Source: Pseudoduganella sp. (GTDB taxonomy: Bacteria > Pseudomonadota > Gammaproteobacteria > Burkholderiales > Burkholderiaceae_D). From it: a DNA stretch of 41,193 nt. This document shows positions 26,764 to 35,589 of the stretch, piece by piece. Location: contig DASWYX010000373.1 in assembly GCA_036404755.1 (NCBI GenBank), positions 1 to 41,193 on the forward strand, in the 5' to 3' direction. The position numbers and the translations under genes were made by a program. Under the pieces are notes generated by a model. It saw nothing but the letters and a program-made list of their open reading frames with translations. It did no database searches and had not been told where the DNA came from. The stretch's first letter is position 1. Every line of letters begins with the position of its first letter.

Positions 26764-28104
26764 ATGTCGATGCGCGCGTTGATCGGAGCGATCTTGCTGG
26801 GTGGTGTCAGCCATGTCATGGCGGCGGGACCGGCCACTGCGGTGCTGGACCGTGAGCTGGCGGCCATCGTCAACGATGCACAGCGTCCGCTGTCCGGACT
26901 TTCGGTGCTGGCGATTCGCGACGGCAAGGTCGCTTACCAGCAGCAGTTCGGCCTGCGCCGCATCGACACCGCCGGCAACGGCGTTACCGCGCCGGTCACG
27001 CCCACGACCATGTTCCGCATCGCTTCCATTTCCAAGATGATGACCACCTTCGGCGCCATGAAGCTGGTCGAGGAAGGCAAGCTGCGCCTGGACGAGGACA
27101 TCAGCACGGTGATGGGCTTCCCGGTCCGCAATCCGGCGTATCCGGACAAGCCAATCACGCTGCGTCACCTGCTGAGCCACACGTCCACCTTGCGGGACGA
27201 CGCCGGCTACTTCTGGGGCACCGACACGACGCTGCGCGAAGTGCTGCTGCCCGGCGGGAAGCGCTACGGCAAGGGCGAGATGTGGGCGCAGCAGGGCGCG
27301 CCAGGCGAGTATTTCACCTACTGCAACCTGAACTGGGGCGTGATTGGCACGCTGATGGAGCGCGCGTCCGGCGAACGCTTCGACCGCCTGATGAAGCGCT
27401 TGCTGCTGCAGCCGATGGGACTGCACGGCGGCTATAACCCGGCCGAGTTCACGGCGCAGGAAGTGTCCGATACGGCGACCTTGTACCGCCGCCGCACGCG
27501 CGATACCGAAGTCTGGGACCCGAAAGGGCCGTGGATCGCGCAAGTGGACGATTTCGGCGTGTCCGCGCCGCTGCAGCCGCCCGGCATCGAGCGTTATGAG
27601 ATCGGCAGCAATGCCACGCTGTTCAGCCCGACTGGCGGCATGCGCATTTCGGCTGGTGACATGGGCAAGATCATGCTCATGCTGATCAATAACGGGCGCT
27701 TTGAGGGCAAGCAGATCCTCCGGCCCGAGTCGCTGCAGGCGATGTTTGCCGAGCAGTGGCATTACAACGGACGCAATGGCGACACCTTGAAGGGCCTTTA
27801 TCACAGCTGGGGCCTGGGCACGCAACGTTTCGACGATGAGCCGGGCAAGGGCAACCGCCTCGTGTCGGGCGGCGGCTTTTCCGCGGTCGGACACCTGGGC
27901 GAGGCTTACGGACTCATTTCCACCTTTGTGGTCGATCTGCAAAGGAAAAACGGCCTCGTGTCCCTGATCGGCGGCTTCGCCAGCGATCCCGATGCCTACC
28001 CGGGACAGTTCTCCGCCCACACCCGCACTGAGGAATTGATTCTCGACGCCCTGTACCGCCGGGCCGTGTTGGGCGATAGCGGCGGAGCCACGGCGGGTCA
28101 ATGA
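26764..28104 (+). CDS. Exported serine hydrolase, beta-lactamase/PBP-like family
   Basis: FRIASISK (SxxK), ITLRHLLSHTS, YCN (YxN), GHLG; N-terminal signal peptide. Confidence 0.88.
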   Translation: MSMRALIGAILLGGVSHVMAAGPATAVLDRELAAIVNDAQRPLSGLSVLAIRDGKVAYQQQFGLRRIDTAGNGVTAPVTPTTMFRIASISKMMTTFGAMKLVEEGKLRLDEDISTVMGFPVRNPAYPDKPITLRHLLSHTSTLRDDAGYFWGTDTTLREVLLPGGKRYGKGEMWAQQGAPGEYFTYCNLNWGVIGTLMERASGERFDRLMKRLLLQPMGLHGGYNPAEFTAQEVSDTATLYRRRTRDTEVWDPKGPWIAQVDDFGVSAPLQPPGIERYEIGSNATLFSPTGGMRISAGDMGKIMLMLINNGRFEGKQILRPESLQAMFAEQWHYNGRNGDTLKGLYHSWGLGTQRFDDEPGKGNRLVSGGGFSAVGHLGEAYGLISTFVVDLQRKNGLVSLIGGFASDPDAYPGQFSAHTRTEELILDALYRRAVLGDSGGATAGQ

Positions 28105-28206
28105 CCCGCCCTACAGCCCCTGCGGGGCCACACGGGAATGCATTCACCGCGGCCGACGACGCGTTCCCGGGCCCGACAGGGCTGTAGGGCGGATCATTGA
28201 TCCGCC
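28092..28206. repeat. Inverted pair of GTAG-type REP palindromes (REPIN/BIME-like)
   Basis: 28092-28114 is the reverse complement of GTAGGGCGGGTCATTGACCCGCC; 28184-28206 is GTAGGGCGGATCATTGATCCGCC; the spacer is partly self-complementary. Confidence 0.85.
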
Positions 28207-28213
28207 GTGCTGG

Positions 28214-28230
28214 CATCACCCGAGGTTATG
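28214..28230. promoter_or_regulatory. Putative LysR box (CATCACCCGAGGTTATG) upstream of D-amino acid dehydrogenase
   Basis: Followed after 13 nt by CTTTAATT (28244) and by -10-like TACCCT (28275-28280). Confidence 0.65.
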
Positions 28231-28327
28231 GCCCCTGAAAGAACTTTAATTGGCGACAACGGTCCGCTGACCGTTACCCTCTCATCATGAATAAACCCGG
28301 CCTGAGAAAAGGCCCTAGCGAGGCGTA

Positions 28328-29584
28328 ATGCAGCAAGAAGCACAGCAAGTAGTCGTGATCGGTGGCGGTGTCGTGGGCCTGGCTTCGGCCTGGTGGCTAC
28401 TGGAGGCCGGCTATCGCGTCACGCTGCTGGAAAAAGCGCCGACGGTCGGCAGCGCGGCGAGCGCGCGCAATGGCGGCCAGCTGAGCTACCGCTACGTCTC
28501 GCCGCTGGCCGACGCCGGCGTGCCGCTGAAAGCGCTGCAATGGATGTTCCAGCAGGACGGCCCGCTGCGCTTCCGTCCCGAAGCCGACATGCGCCAGTGG
28601 CGCTGGCTGGCGCAATTCCTCGCCAACTGCAATTCCGCCGACAACGCCCGCACCACGGCCAAGCTGCTCGAACTCGGTGAGCTGAGCCGGCAGTCCATGG
28701 CGCAGCTGGAACTGCAACTGCCGCTGTCCGAATTCTCCTGGCGCGACGCGGGCAAGCTCGTGGTCTACCGTTCGAAATCCGCTTTCGACAAAGCCGTCGC
28801 CAAGCCGGGTTCCGAAGACAAGCGCATCGTCCTCAACGGCGCCGAAACCGCCGAACTGGAACCGGCGCTGGCCGAACTGGCGCCTTCGCTCGCCGGCGGC
28901 ATCTTCAACAGCGGCGAAGCGGTCGCCGACTGCCACGCCTTCTGCCTGGCGCTGGAAAAACGCCTGATGGCGCACCCTCGCTTCGAAGGCGTGGTGCACG
29001 CCGAAGCGCACACCATCTTCGCCGAAAACGGACGCGTGTCCGCCATCCAGACCAACGCCGGCTGGCTCGCTGCCGATCACTTCGTGCTGGCCGCCGGCAT
29101 CCAGAGCCGCAATCTCGCCGCCACCGCAGGCATCTACCTGCCGATGTACCCGCTGAAAGGCTACAGCCTGACCGCGCCGATCGACGCCGAACACCGCGCG
29201 CCCGAGATCAGCGTGACCGACTTCGAACGCAAGACGCTGTACGCGCGCATCGGCGGCAACCTGCGCATCGCCGCCATGGTCGACATGGTCGGCGAAGACA
29301 CGTCCATCGACCGCCGCCGCATTGCCGGCCTGACCAGGCTGGCCCGCGCCACCATGCCGCACGCGGCCGACTACGACAGGGCCGAACCCTGGGCCGGCCT
29401 GCGTCCCGCCACGCCGAATTCCGCCCCCATCATCGGCGCTACCAAATATCCCAACCTCTGGCTCAACGTCGGCCACGGCCCGCTCGGCTTCACCTTCGCC
29501 TGCGGCACCGCCAACCTCCTCGCCACGCTCATGCGCGGCAAGCAGACGCCGTTCACCCTCGACTGCCTCGCGCTCGCCGCTTAA
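28328..29584 (+). CDS. FAD-dependent D-amino acid dehydrogenase (DadA family, DguA-like)
   Basis: IGGGVVG FAD motif, NGGQLSYRYVSPLAD, YPLKGYSLT, WAGLRPATP, NVGHGPLGFTFACG. Confidence 0.9.
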   Translation: MQQEAQQVVVIGGGVVGLASAWWLLEAGYRVTLLEKAPTVGSAASARNGGQLSYRYVSPLADAGVPLKALQWMFQQDGPLRFRPEADMRQWRWLAQFLANCNSADNARTTAKLLELGELSRQSMAQLELQLPLSEFSWRDAGKLVVYRSKSAFDKAVAKPGSEDKRIVLNGAETAELEPALAELAPSLAGGIFNSGEAVADCHAFCLALEKRLMAHPRFEGVVHAEAHTIFAENGRVSAIQTNAGWLAADHFVLAAGIQSRNLAATAGIYLPMYPLKGYSLTAPIDAEHRAPEISVTDFERKTLYARIGGNLRIAAMVDMVGEDTSIDRRRIAGLTRLARATMPHAADYDRAEPWAGLRPATPNSAPIIGATKYPNLWLNVGHGPLGFTFACGTANLLATLMRGKQTPFTLDCLALAA

Positions 29585-30069
29585 ACCAGGCCCTTGCCGC
29601 CCGCATCTGGCCGCAAGGCCCGCCGCGTGGCCCAGACGATGGGCAGGGCGAACAGGAACATATGGGACAGCAGGTCAAGCGTCGTGGCGAGCGGCTTGAA
29701 GGTCACCGGGTTCGGAAAGGCGGAAAGGGGCAGCACCACCAGCCGCATTAGCAGGAAGACCAGCACGCCGTAGCCGGCGGCCGCAACGAGCGGACAGGCG
29801 GCAAGCGAGGGCGCCTGGCGCGCGGTCAGCAAGAACACCGTCATCCAGACCAGGCTAAGGACGAAGTGACAGGCGAGCCCCAATGCTGCGGTCGCGAAGC
29901 CGCCGGAAAACGCCGCCTTGCCGACCAGCCCGCTGGCAACGACCTGCAGCAGCCGCTCGGCCGTCAGCCCGTTATACATGGCGAAGGAGATCGCGAAAGT
30001 GATGTCCAGCAGCCCGGCGAGCGTCCCGCCGATGAGGATTGCCTGGGGAACCGGCCAGCGTTGCTGCAT
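29581..30069 (-). CDS. Small four-TM hypothetical membrane protein
   Basis: Four hydrophobic segments, with a His in each of CHFVLS and SHMFLF; start ATG 30069 after GGAG; shares TTAA with the convergent dehydrogenase stop. Confidence 0.7.
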   Translation of the reverse strand: MQQRWPVPQAILIGGTLAGLLDITFAISFAMYNGLTAERLLQVVASGLVGKAAFSGGFATAALGLACHFVLSLVWMTVFLLTARQAPSLAACPLVAAAGYGVLVFLLMRLVVLPLSAFPNPVTFKPLATTLDLLSHMFLFALPIVWATRRALRPDAGGKGLV

Positions 30070-30182
30070 GCGATGTTCTCCGCGAGATGGAAGCCTCGTA
30101 TGCTGCCACGACAGCATTGCCAAAGCAATAACTCGATGCTCCGCAGGACCCACACCCGCCCCGGATCGCGGATAATTGCGGG

Positions 30183-30611
30183 ATGTCCAAGACCAAGACC
30201 CCTACCGGCTGCCCCTGTGGCGGCCCATCGCTGGCAACTTGCTGCGGGCCATTTATCGAGGGAAAGGCACTGCCGCAGACGGCGGAACAGCTGATGCGCT
30301 CGCGCTACACCGCGTACACGCTGAAGGATGAAGCCTACCTGCAGGCCACCTGGCATTCCAGCACCCGTCCGCAAGAGCCAATAATTAGCAAGAATGAAAA
30401 GCTCCAATGGCTGGGACTTGAGGTAAAATCTGCTTTACGTTTACGTCAACGTAAAGCAGAAGCCGCGGAAAACGAGGATTTCGTCGAATTCGTCGCCCGC
30501 TTGCGCGTCGATGGCCGCGGACAACGGCTGCACGAAATCAGCCGCTTCCTGCGCGAGCCCGGCGAAGGCGGCCTGCGCTGGTTTTACGTGGACGGTCAAT
30601 TTCCAGAATAA
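30183..30611 (+). CDS. YchJ family protein (N-terminal SEC-C-like Cys motif)
   Basis: CPCG....CC, AEQLMRSRYTAY, YLQATWH, WLGLEV, VEFVAR, HEISRF, WFYVDG. Confidence 0.92.
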   Translation: MSKTKTPTGCPCGGPSLATCCGPFIEGKALPQTAEQLMRSRYTAYTLKDEAYLQATWHSSTRPQEPIISKNEKLQWLGLEVKSALRLRQRKAEAAENEDFVEFVARLRVDGRGQRLHEISRFLREPGEGGLRWFYVDGQFPE

Positions 30612-30623
30612 GAGAGGGAGACC

Positions 30624-32231
30624 ATGCCGCACATCGAAAGCAAACTCAATCCGCGCAGCGAAGACTTCAAGGTCAACGCCGCCGCGATGCAAGCCCTGGT
30701 CGACGACCTGCGCGCCAAGGTGGCCAAGGCGGCCGAAGGCGGCGGCGAAGCGGCTAGCGCGAAGCACATCGCCCGCGGCAAGCTGCTGCCGCGCGACCGC
30801 GTGCAGATGCTGCTCGATCCCGGCACGCCCTTCCTCGAATTCTCCCAGCTGGCCGCCTATGAAATGTACGACAATGCCGCGCCCTCGGCCGGCATCATCA
30901 CCGGCATCGGACGCGTGTCTGGCCAGGAATGCGTGATCGTCTGCAACGACGCCACCGTCAAGGGCGGCACCTACTACCCGGTCACCGTGAAGAAGCACCT
31001 GCGCGCGCAGGAAATCGCCGACCAGAACAACCTGCCCTGCATCTACCTGGTGGACTCCGGCGGCGCCAACCTGCCGAATCAGGACGATGTCTTCCCCGAC
31101 CGCGAACACTTCGGCCGCATCTTCTACAACCAGGCCAATATGTCCGCCAAGGGCATCCCGCAGATCGCGGTGGTGATGGGCTCCTGCACGGCCGGCGGCG
31201 CTTATGTGCCGGCCATGTCCGACGAATCGATCATCGTGAAAGAGCAGGGCACCATCTTCCTCGGCGGCCCTCCGCTGGTGAAGGCGGCGACGGGCGAGGT
31301 GGTGTCGGCCGAAGACCTGGGCGGCGGCGATGTGCACACGCGCCTGTCCGGCGTGGCCGACCACCTGGCGCAGGACGATATGCATGCGCTCTCCATGGCG
31401 CGCACCATCGTCTCCAACCTGAACCACCAGAAGCCGCAACAGGGAGCGCTGCGCGAAGCGGCCGAGCCGAAGTACGCGCCGGAAGAATTGTACGGCGTGA
31501 TCCCGGTCGATACCCGCAAGCCTTTCGACATCCGCGAAGTCATCGCCCGCATCGTGGACGGCAGCGAATTCGATGAATTCAAGGCGCGCTACGGCACCAC
31601 GCTGGTGTGCGGCTTCGCCCACATCTTCGGCATGAAGGTCGGCATCATCGCCAACAACGGCATCCTGTTCTCCGAGTCCGCGCTGAAGGGCACGCACTTC
31701 ATCGAACTGTGCTGCCAGCGCAAGATCCCGCTGGTCTTCCTGCAGAACATCACCGGCTTCATGGTAGGCCGCAAATATGAATACGTAGGCATCGCGCGCA
31801 ACGGCGCCAAGATGGTGACGGCTGTCGCCACCGCCTCCGTGCCGAAGTTCACCGTGATCATCGGCGGCTCCTTCGGCGCCGGCAACTACGGCATGTGCGG
31901 CCGCGCCTACTCGCCGCGCTTCCTGTGGATGTGGCCCAACGCCCGCATTTCCGTGATGGGCGGCGACCAGGCGGCGTCCGTGCTGGCCACCGTGAAGCGC
32001 GACGGCATCGAAGCGAAAGGCGGCAGCTGGAGCGCGGACGACGAGGCCGCGTTCAAACAGCCGATCAAGGATCAGTACGAGCACCAGGGCCACCCCTACT
32101 ATGCGTCCGCCCGCCTGTGGGACGACGGCGTGATCGATCCCGCCGACACGCGCATGGTGCTGGGGCTGGGCCTGTCGGCCGCGCTGAATGCGCCGATCCC
32201 GGAAACGAAGTTCGGCGTGTTCCGCATGTAA
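30624..32231 (+). CDS. liuB: 3-methylcrotonyl-CoA carboxylase, carboxyltransferase (beta) subunit
   Basis: [57 protein letters not shown], terminal FGVFRM. Confidence 0.95.
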   Translation: MPHIESKLNPRSEDFKVNAAAMQALVDDLRAKVAKAAEGGGEAASAKHIARGKLLPRDRVQMLLDPGTPFLEFSQLAAYEMYDNAAPSAGIITGIGRVSGQECVIVCNDATVKGGTYYPVTVKKHLRAQEIADQNNLPCIYLVDSGGANLPNQDDVFPDREHFGRIFYNQANMSAKGIPQIAVVMGSCTAGGAYVPAMSDESIIVKEQGTIFLGGPPLVKAATGEVVSAEDLGGGDVHTRLSGVADHLAQDDMHALSMARTIVSNLNHQKPQQGALREAAEPKYAPEELYGVIPVDTRKPFDIREVIARIVDGSEFDEFKARYGTTLVCGFAHIFGMKVGIIANNGILFSESALKGTHFIELCCQRKIPLVFLQNITGFMVGRKYEYVGIARNGAKMVTAVATASVPKFTVIIGGSFGAGNYGMCGRAYSPRFLWMWPNARISVMGGDQAASVLATVKRDGIEAKGGSWSADDEAAFKQPIKDQYEHQGHPYYASARLWDDGVIDPADTRMVLGLGLSAALNAPIPETKFGVFRM

Positions 32232-32241
32232 GGAGGGCAGC

Positions 32242-33027
32242 ATGGAATACCAGACCCTTACCGTCGGCATCATCGACAAAGTCGCCACCGTGACGCTGAA
32301 CCGTCCGGATGTGCGCAATGCCTTTAACGAACATACGATCAATGAACTTTCGATTGCCTTCCACGAACTGGGACGCAACGAAATGGTGCGCGCCATTGTG
32401 CTGGCCGCCAACGGCCCGGCCTTCTGTGCCGGTGCTGACCTGAACTGGATGAAAAAGATGGCCGGGTACTCTCACGAGGAGAACGAGGCCGACGCCATGC
32501 AGCTGGCGCAGATGCTGCGCACGATCTACCTCTGCCCCAAGCCCGTTGTGGCCAGGGTGCAGGGCGACTGTTATGCGGGCGGAATGGGCCTGGTGGCGGC
32601 ATGCGATATCGCGGTGGCCGTCCAGGAAGCCAATTTCTGCCTGAGCGAGGTGAAGCTGGGACTGATCCCGGCCACCATTTCCCCTTATGTCATCAAGGCG
32701 ATGGGCGAGAACGCGGCACGCCGCTATTTCCTCACCGCCGAACGATTCACCGCCCAGGAGGCGCACCGCATCGGCTTCGTCCACGAAGTCGTTGCCGCGG
32801 ACGCGCTGGATGCAAAGGTTGCTGAAGTGCTGAAGGCGTTGGTGGGCAATAGTCCCAACGCGGTCAGGGAAGCCAAGGTGCTGGTGCGCGATGTCGCGCA
32901 CCGCCCGGTGGATGATGCGCTGCTGGCCGACACGGCCCTGCGCATTGCGCATATCCGCGCGTCCGGCGAAGGACGCGAAGGCGTGCAGTCCTTCCTGGAG
33001 AAGCGCAAGCCTGGGTGGCTGAATTAA
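32242..33027 (+). CDS. liuC: Enoyl-CoA hydratase family, likely methylglutaconyl-CoA hydratase
   Basis: LNRPDVRNAF, FCAGADLNWM, LSEVKLGLIPATISPYV, EGREG..FLEKRKP; SD AGGAGG; position in liu cluster. Confidence 0.88.
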   Translation: MEYQTLTVGIIDKVATVTLNRPDVRNAFNEHTINELSIAFHELGRNEMVRAIVLAANGPAFCAGADLNWMKKMAGYSHEENEADAMQLAQMLRTIYLCPKPVVARVQGDCYAGGMGLVAACDIAVAVQEANFCLSEVKLGLIPATISPYVIKAMGENAARRYFLTAERFTAQEAHRIGFVHEVVAADALDAKVAEVLKALVGNSPNAVREAKVLVRDVAHRPVDDALLADTALRIAHIRASGEGREGVQSFLEKRKPGWLN

Positions 33028-33064
33028 GAACGGCGCGTCATTGACCCGCCGAGTAGGAGTCAAG

Positions 33065-34390
33065 TTGGAACACAAAGAAACCAGCGACTGGGTCGCGCGA
33101 AGCCTGCGCAGCGTGTGGCATCCATGCACCCAGATGCAGCACCACGAAACCGTGCCGCTGATCCCGGTCAGCCATGGCCGCGGCGTGTGGCTTTACGACC
33201 ATGAAGGCAACCGCTACCTGGACGCGATCAGCTCCTGGTGGGTGAACCTGTTCGGCCACGCCAACCCGCGCATCAACCTGGCCTTGCGCGAGCAGCTGGA
33301 CATGCTGGAGCATGCGATGCTGGCCGGCTTCACGCACGAGCCGGTGATCCAGCTGTCCGAGCGCCTGTCCGCGCTGACGCAGCAGCAGCTTGGCCACGCC
33401 TTCTATGCATCGGACGGCGCCTCCGCCGTCGAAATCGCGCTCAAGATGAGCTTCCACGCCTGGCGCAACAGCGGCCATGGCGAGAAGCAGGAATTCGTCT
33501 GCCTCAAGGGCAGCTACCACGGCGAAACCATCGGCGCGCTGGCCGTGACCGACGTCGCCCTGTTCAAGGATGCCTACGGCCCGCTGCTGCGCGCCGCGCA
33601 AACGGTGATGTCACCGGACGCGCGCCAGGCCGCAGAAGGCGAAAGCGCCGCAGACGTGGCGCGCCGCGCCGCTGCGGACGTGGAACGCGTGTTCACCGAG
33701 CGCGCCGGCAAGATCGCCGCCATCATCATCGAGCCGCTGGTGCAGTGCGCCACCGGCATGGCGATGCACGATCCGCTCTACCTGAAGCTGGTGCGCGAAC
33801 TGTGCGACAGGCACGGCGTGCACCTGATCCTGGATGAAATCGCCGTCGGCTGCGGCCGCACCGGCACCTTCTTCGCCTGCGAACAGGCGGGCGTGTGGCC
33901 GGACTTCCTGTGCCTGTCCAAGGGTATCAGCGGCGGCTACCTGCCGCTGTCCATCGTGCTGTCGCGCGAAGAGATTTACCAGGCCTTCTACAGCGCGGAC
34001 GTGACGCGCGGCTTCCTGCATTCGCACTCCTACACCGGCAACCCGCTGGCCTGCCGCGCCGCGCTGGCCACGCTGGACATCTTCGCCGAAGACCATGTGC
34101 TGGAAGCGAACAAGGCACGCTCGCGCAAGCTGACCGAAGCCCTGGCGCCGCTGACGCATCACGAGCGCACGAAAAACTTCCGCAACCGCGGCATGATCTG
34201 GGCATTCGACGCCGTCGATGCCGCACCGGACTTCTCGCGCCGCTTCTTCACCGAAGCCACGCGCAATGAATTGCTGCTGCGCCCCATCGGTTCCACCGTC
34301 TACCTGATGCCGCCATACATCCTCAGCGACGAGGAAATCGGCGGCCTGGCGGAACGCACACTGGCCGTGTTCGAGAAAGTGATCGCGTGA
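33065..34390 (+). CDS. bioA: Adenosylmethionine-8-amino-7-oxononanoate aminotransferase
   Basis: [60 protein letters not shown]; TTG 33065 follows SD AGGAG. Confidence 0.93.
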   Translation: MEHKETSDWVARSLRSVWHPCTQMQHHETVPLIPVSHGRGVWLYDHEGNRYLDAISSWWVNLFGHANPRINLALREQLDMLEHAMLAGFTHEPVIQLSERLSALTQQQLGHAFYASDGASAVEIALKMSFHAWRNSGHGEKQEFVCLKGSYHGETIGALAVTDVALFKDAYGPLLRAAQTVMSPDARQAAEGESAADVARRAAADVERVFTERAGKIAAIIIEPLVQCATGMAMHDPLYLKLVRELCDRHGVHLILDEIAVGCGRTGTFFACEQAGVWPDFLCLSKGISGGYLPLSIVLSREEIYQAFYSADVTRGFLHSHSYTGNPLACRAALATLDIFAEDHVLEANKARSRKLTEALAPLTHHERTKNFRNRGMIWAFDAVDAAPDFSRRFFTEATRNELLLRPIGSTVYLMPPYILSDEEIGGLAERTLAVFEKVIA

Positions 34391-35589
34391 TGGAACTGCT
34401 GAACAAACTGGAAACCCACCTGCAGCTCTTGCAGGACAAGCACCAGATCCGCAAGCGCCGTTCGGTGGAAACGCCGTGCGCGCCGCGCCTGACCGTGGAC
34501 GGCCGCGAGATGCTGGCCTTCTGCAGCAACGACTACCTCGGCCTGGCCGCGCATCCGAAGATCGCGGCGGCCATGCATGAGGGCGTGGACCTGTACGGCG
34601 CCGGCAGCGGCGCCTCGCACCTGATCTCCGGCCACAGCCGCGCCCACGTACAACTGGAAGAGCGCCTGGCGGAATTCCTGTCGCCGCACCTGGTGGACGC
34701 CCGCGCGCTGTACTTCTGCACCGGCTACATGGCCAACCTCGGCGTCATCACCGGCCTGGCTGTGGGCGACAAGAACACCGAGATCTTCAGCGAATCGCTG
34801 AACCATGCCTCGCTGATCGATGGCGGCCGCCTGTCGCGCACCACGCTGAAGGTTTATCCGCATGCCGACGTGGCGGCGCTGGAAGCCATGCTGGCCGAGA
34901 GCACGGCGTCCAACAAGATCGTGGTCACCGACTCCCTGTTCAGCATGGACGGCGACCTGGCGCCGCTGCCGCAGCTGCTGGCGCTGTGCGAACGCCACGG
35001 CGCCTGGCTGATCGTGGACGATGCCCACGGCTTCGGCACGCTGGGCGCCAATGGCCGCGGTGCGCTGGAGCACTTCAAGCTGCGCTCGCCCAACCTGGTC
35101 TATGTGGGCACGCTGGGCAAGGCGGCCGGCGTCGGCGGCGCCTTCGTGGCCGCGCACGGCACGGTGATCGAAACGCTGATCCAGCGCGCCCGTCCCTACA
35201 TCTTTACCACCGCTGCGCCGCCCGCACTGGCGCACGCGCTGCTGGCCAGCCTTGATATCATTGCAGGTTCGGAGGGCCGCGAACGGCGCGCCCACCTGAA
35301 CGCCCTGATCGCCCAGCTGGACGACGGCTTGCGACTGCAGAGATGGCAACGCATCCCGTCCATCACCTCGGTTCAGGCCATCGTGATCGGCGAGAACGAC
35401 GCCGCCATGCGCGCCTCGGCTGCGCTGTGGGAGCAGGGCATCTGGGTCGGCGGTATCCGCCCACCCACCGTGCCGGTTGGGACGGCGCGCCTGCGCGTCA
35501 CCCTGTCCGCCGCCCATACGCGGCAGGACGTGGCCCAGCTGGTGGAAGCATTGAATGCACTGGAAAGGAGGTCCCGAGATGGCGCTTGA
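34387..35589 (+). CDS. bioF: 8-amino-7-oxononanoate synthase
   Basis: [52 protein letters not shown]; GTGA overlap with bioA. Confidence 0.94.
   Translation: MMELLNKLETHLQLLQDKHQIRKRRSVETPCAPRLTVDGREMLAFCSNDYLGLAAHPKIAAAMHEGVDLYGAGSGASHLISGHSRAHVQLEERLAEFLSPHLVDARALYFCTGYMANLGVITGLAVGDKNTEIFSESLNHASLIDGGRLSRTTLKVYPHADVAALEAMLAESTASNKIVVTDSLFSMDGDLAPLPQLLALCERHGAWLIVDDAHGFGTLGANGRGALEHFKLRSPNLVYVGTLGKAAGVGGAFVAAHGTVIETLIQRARPYIFTTAAPPALAHALLASLDIIAGSEGRERRAHLNALIAQLDDGLRLQRWQRIPSITSVQAIVIGENDAAMRASAALWEQGIWVGGIRPPTVPVGTARLRVTLSAAHTRQDVAQLVEALNALERRSRDGA

Noticed and set aside
26764-28104. Serine hydrolase as a class C beta-lactamase
   Set aside because: It has HLG rather than KTG in the third motif, is longer than AmpC, and has no AmpR-type neighbour.
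31770-31795. liuB segment KYEYVG differs from the KYE-x-(E/G)-G pattern I recall and uses AT-rich codons
   Set aside because: The frame is intact and I cannot tell real substitutions from sequencing error without reads or an alignment.
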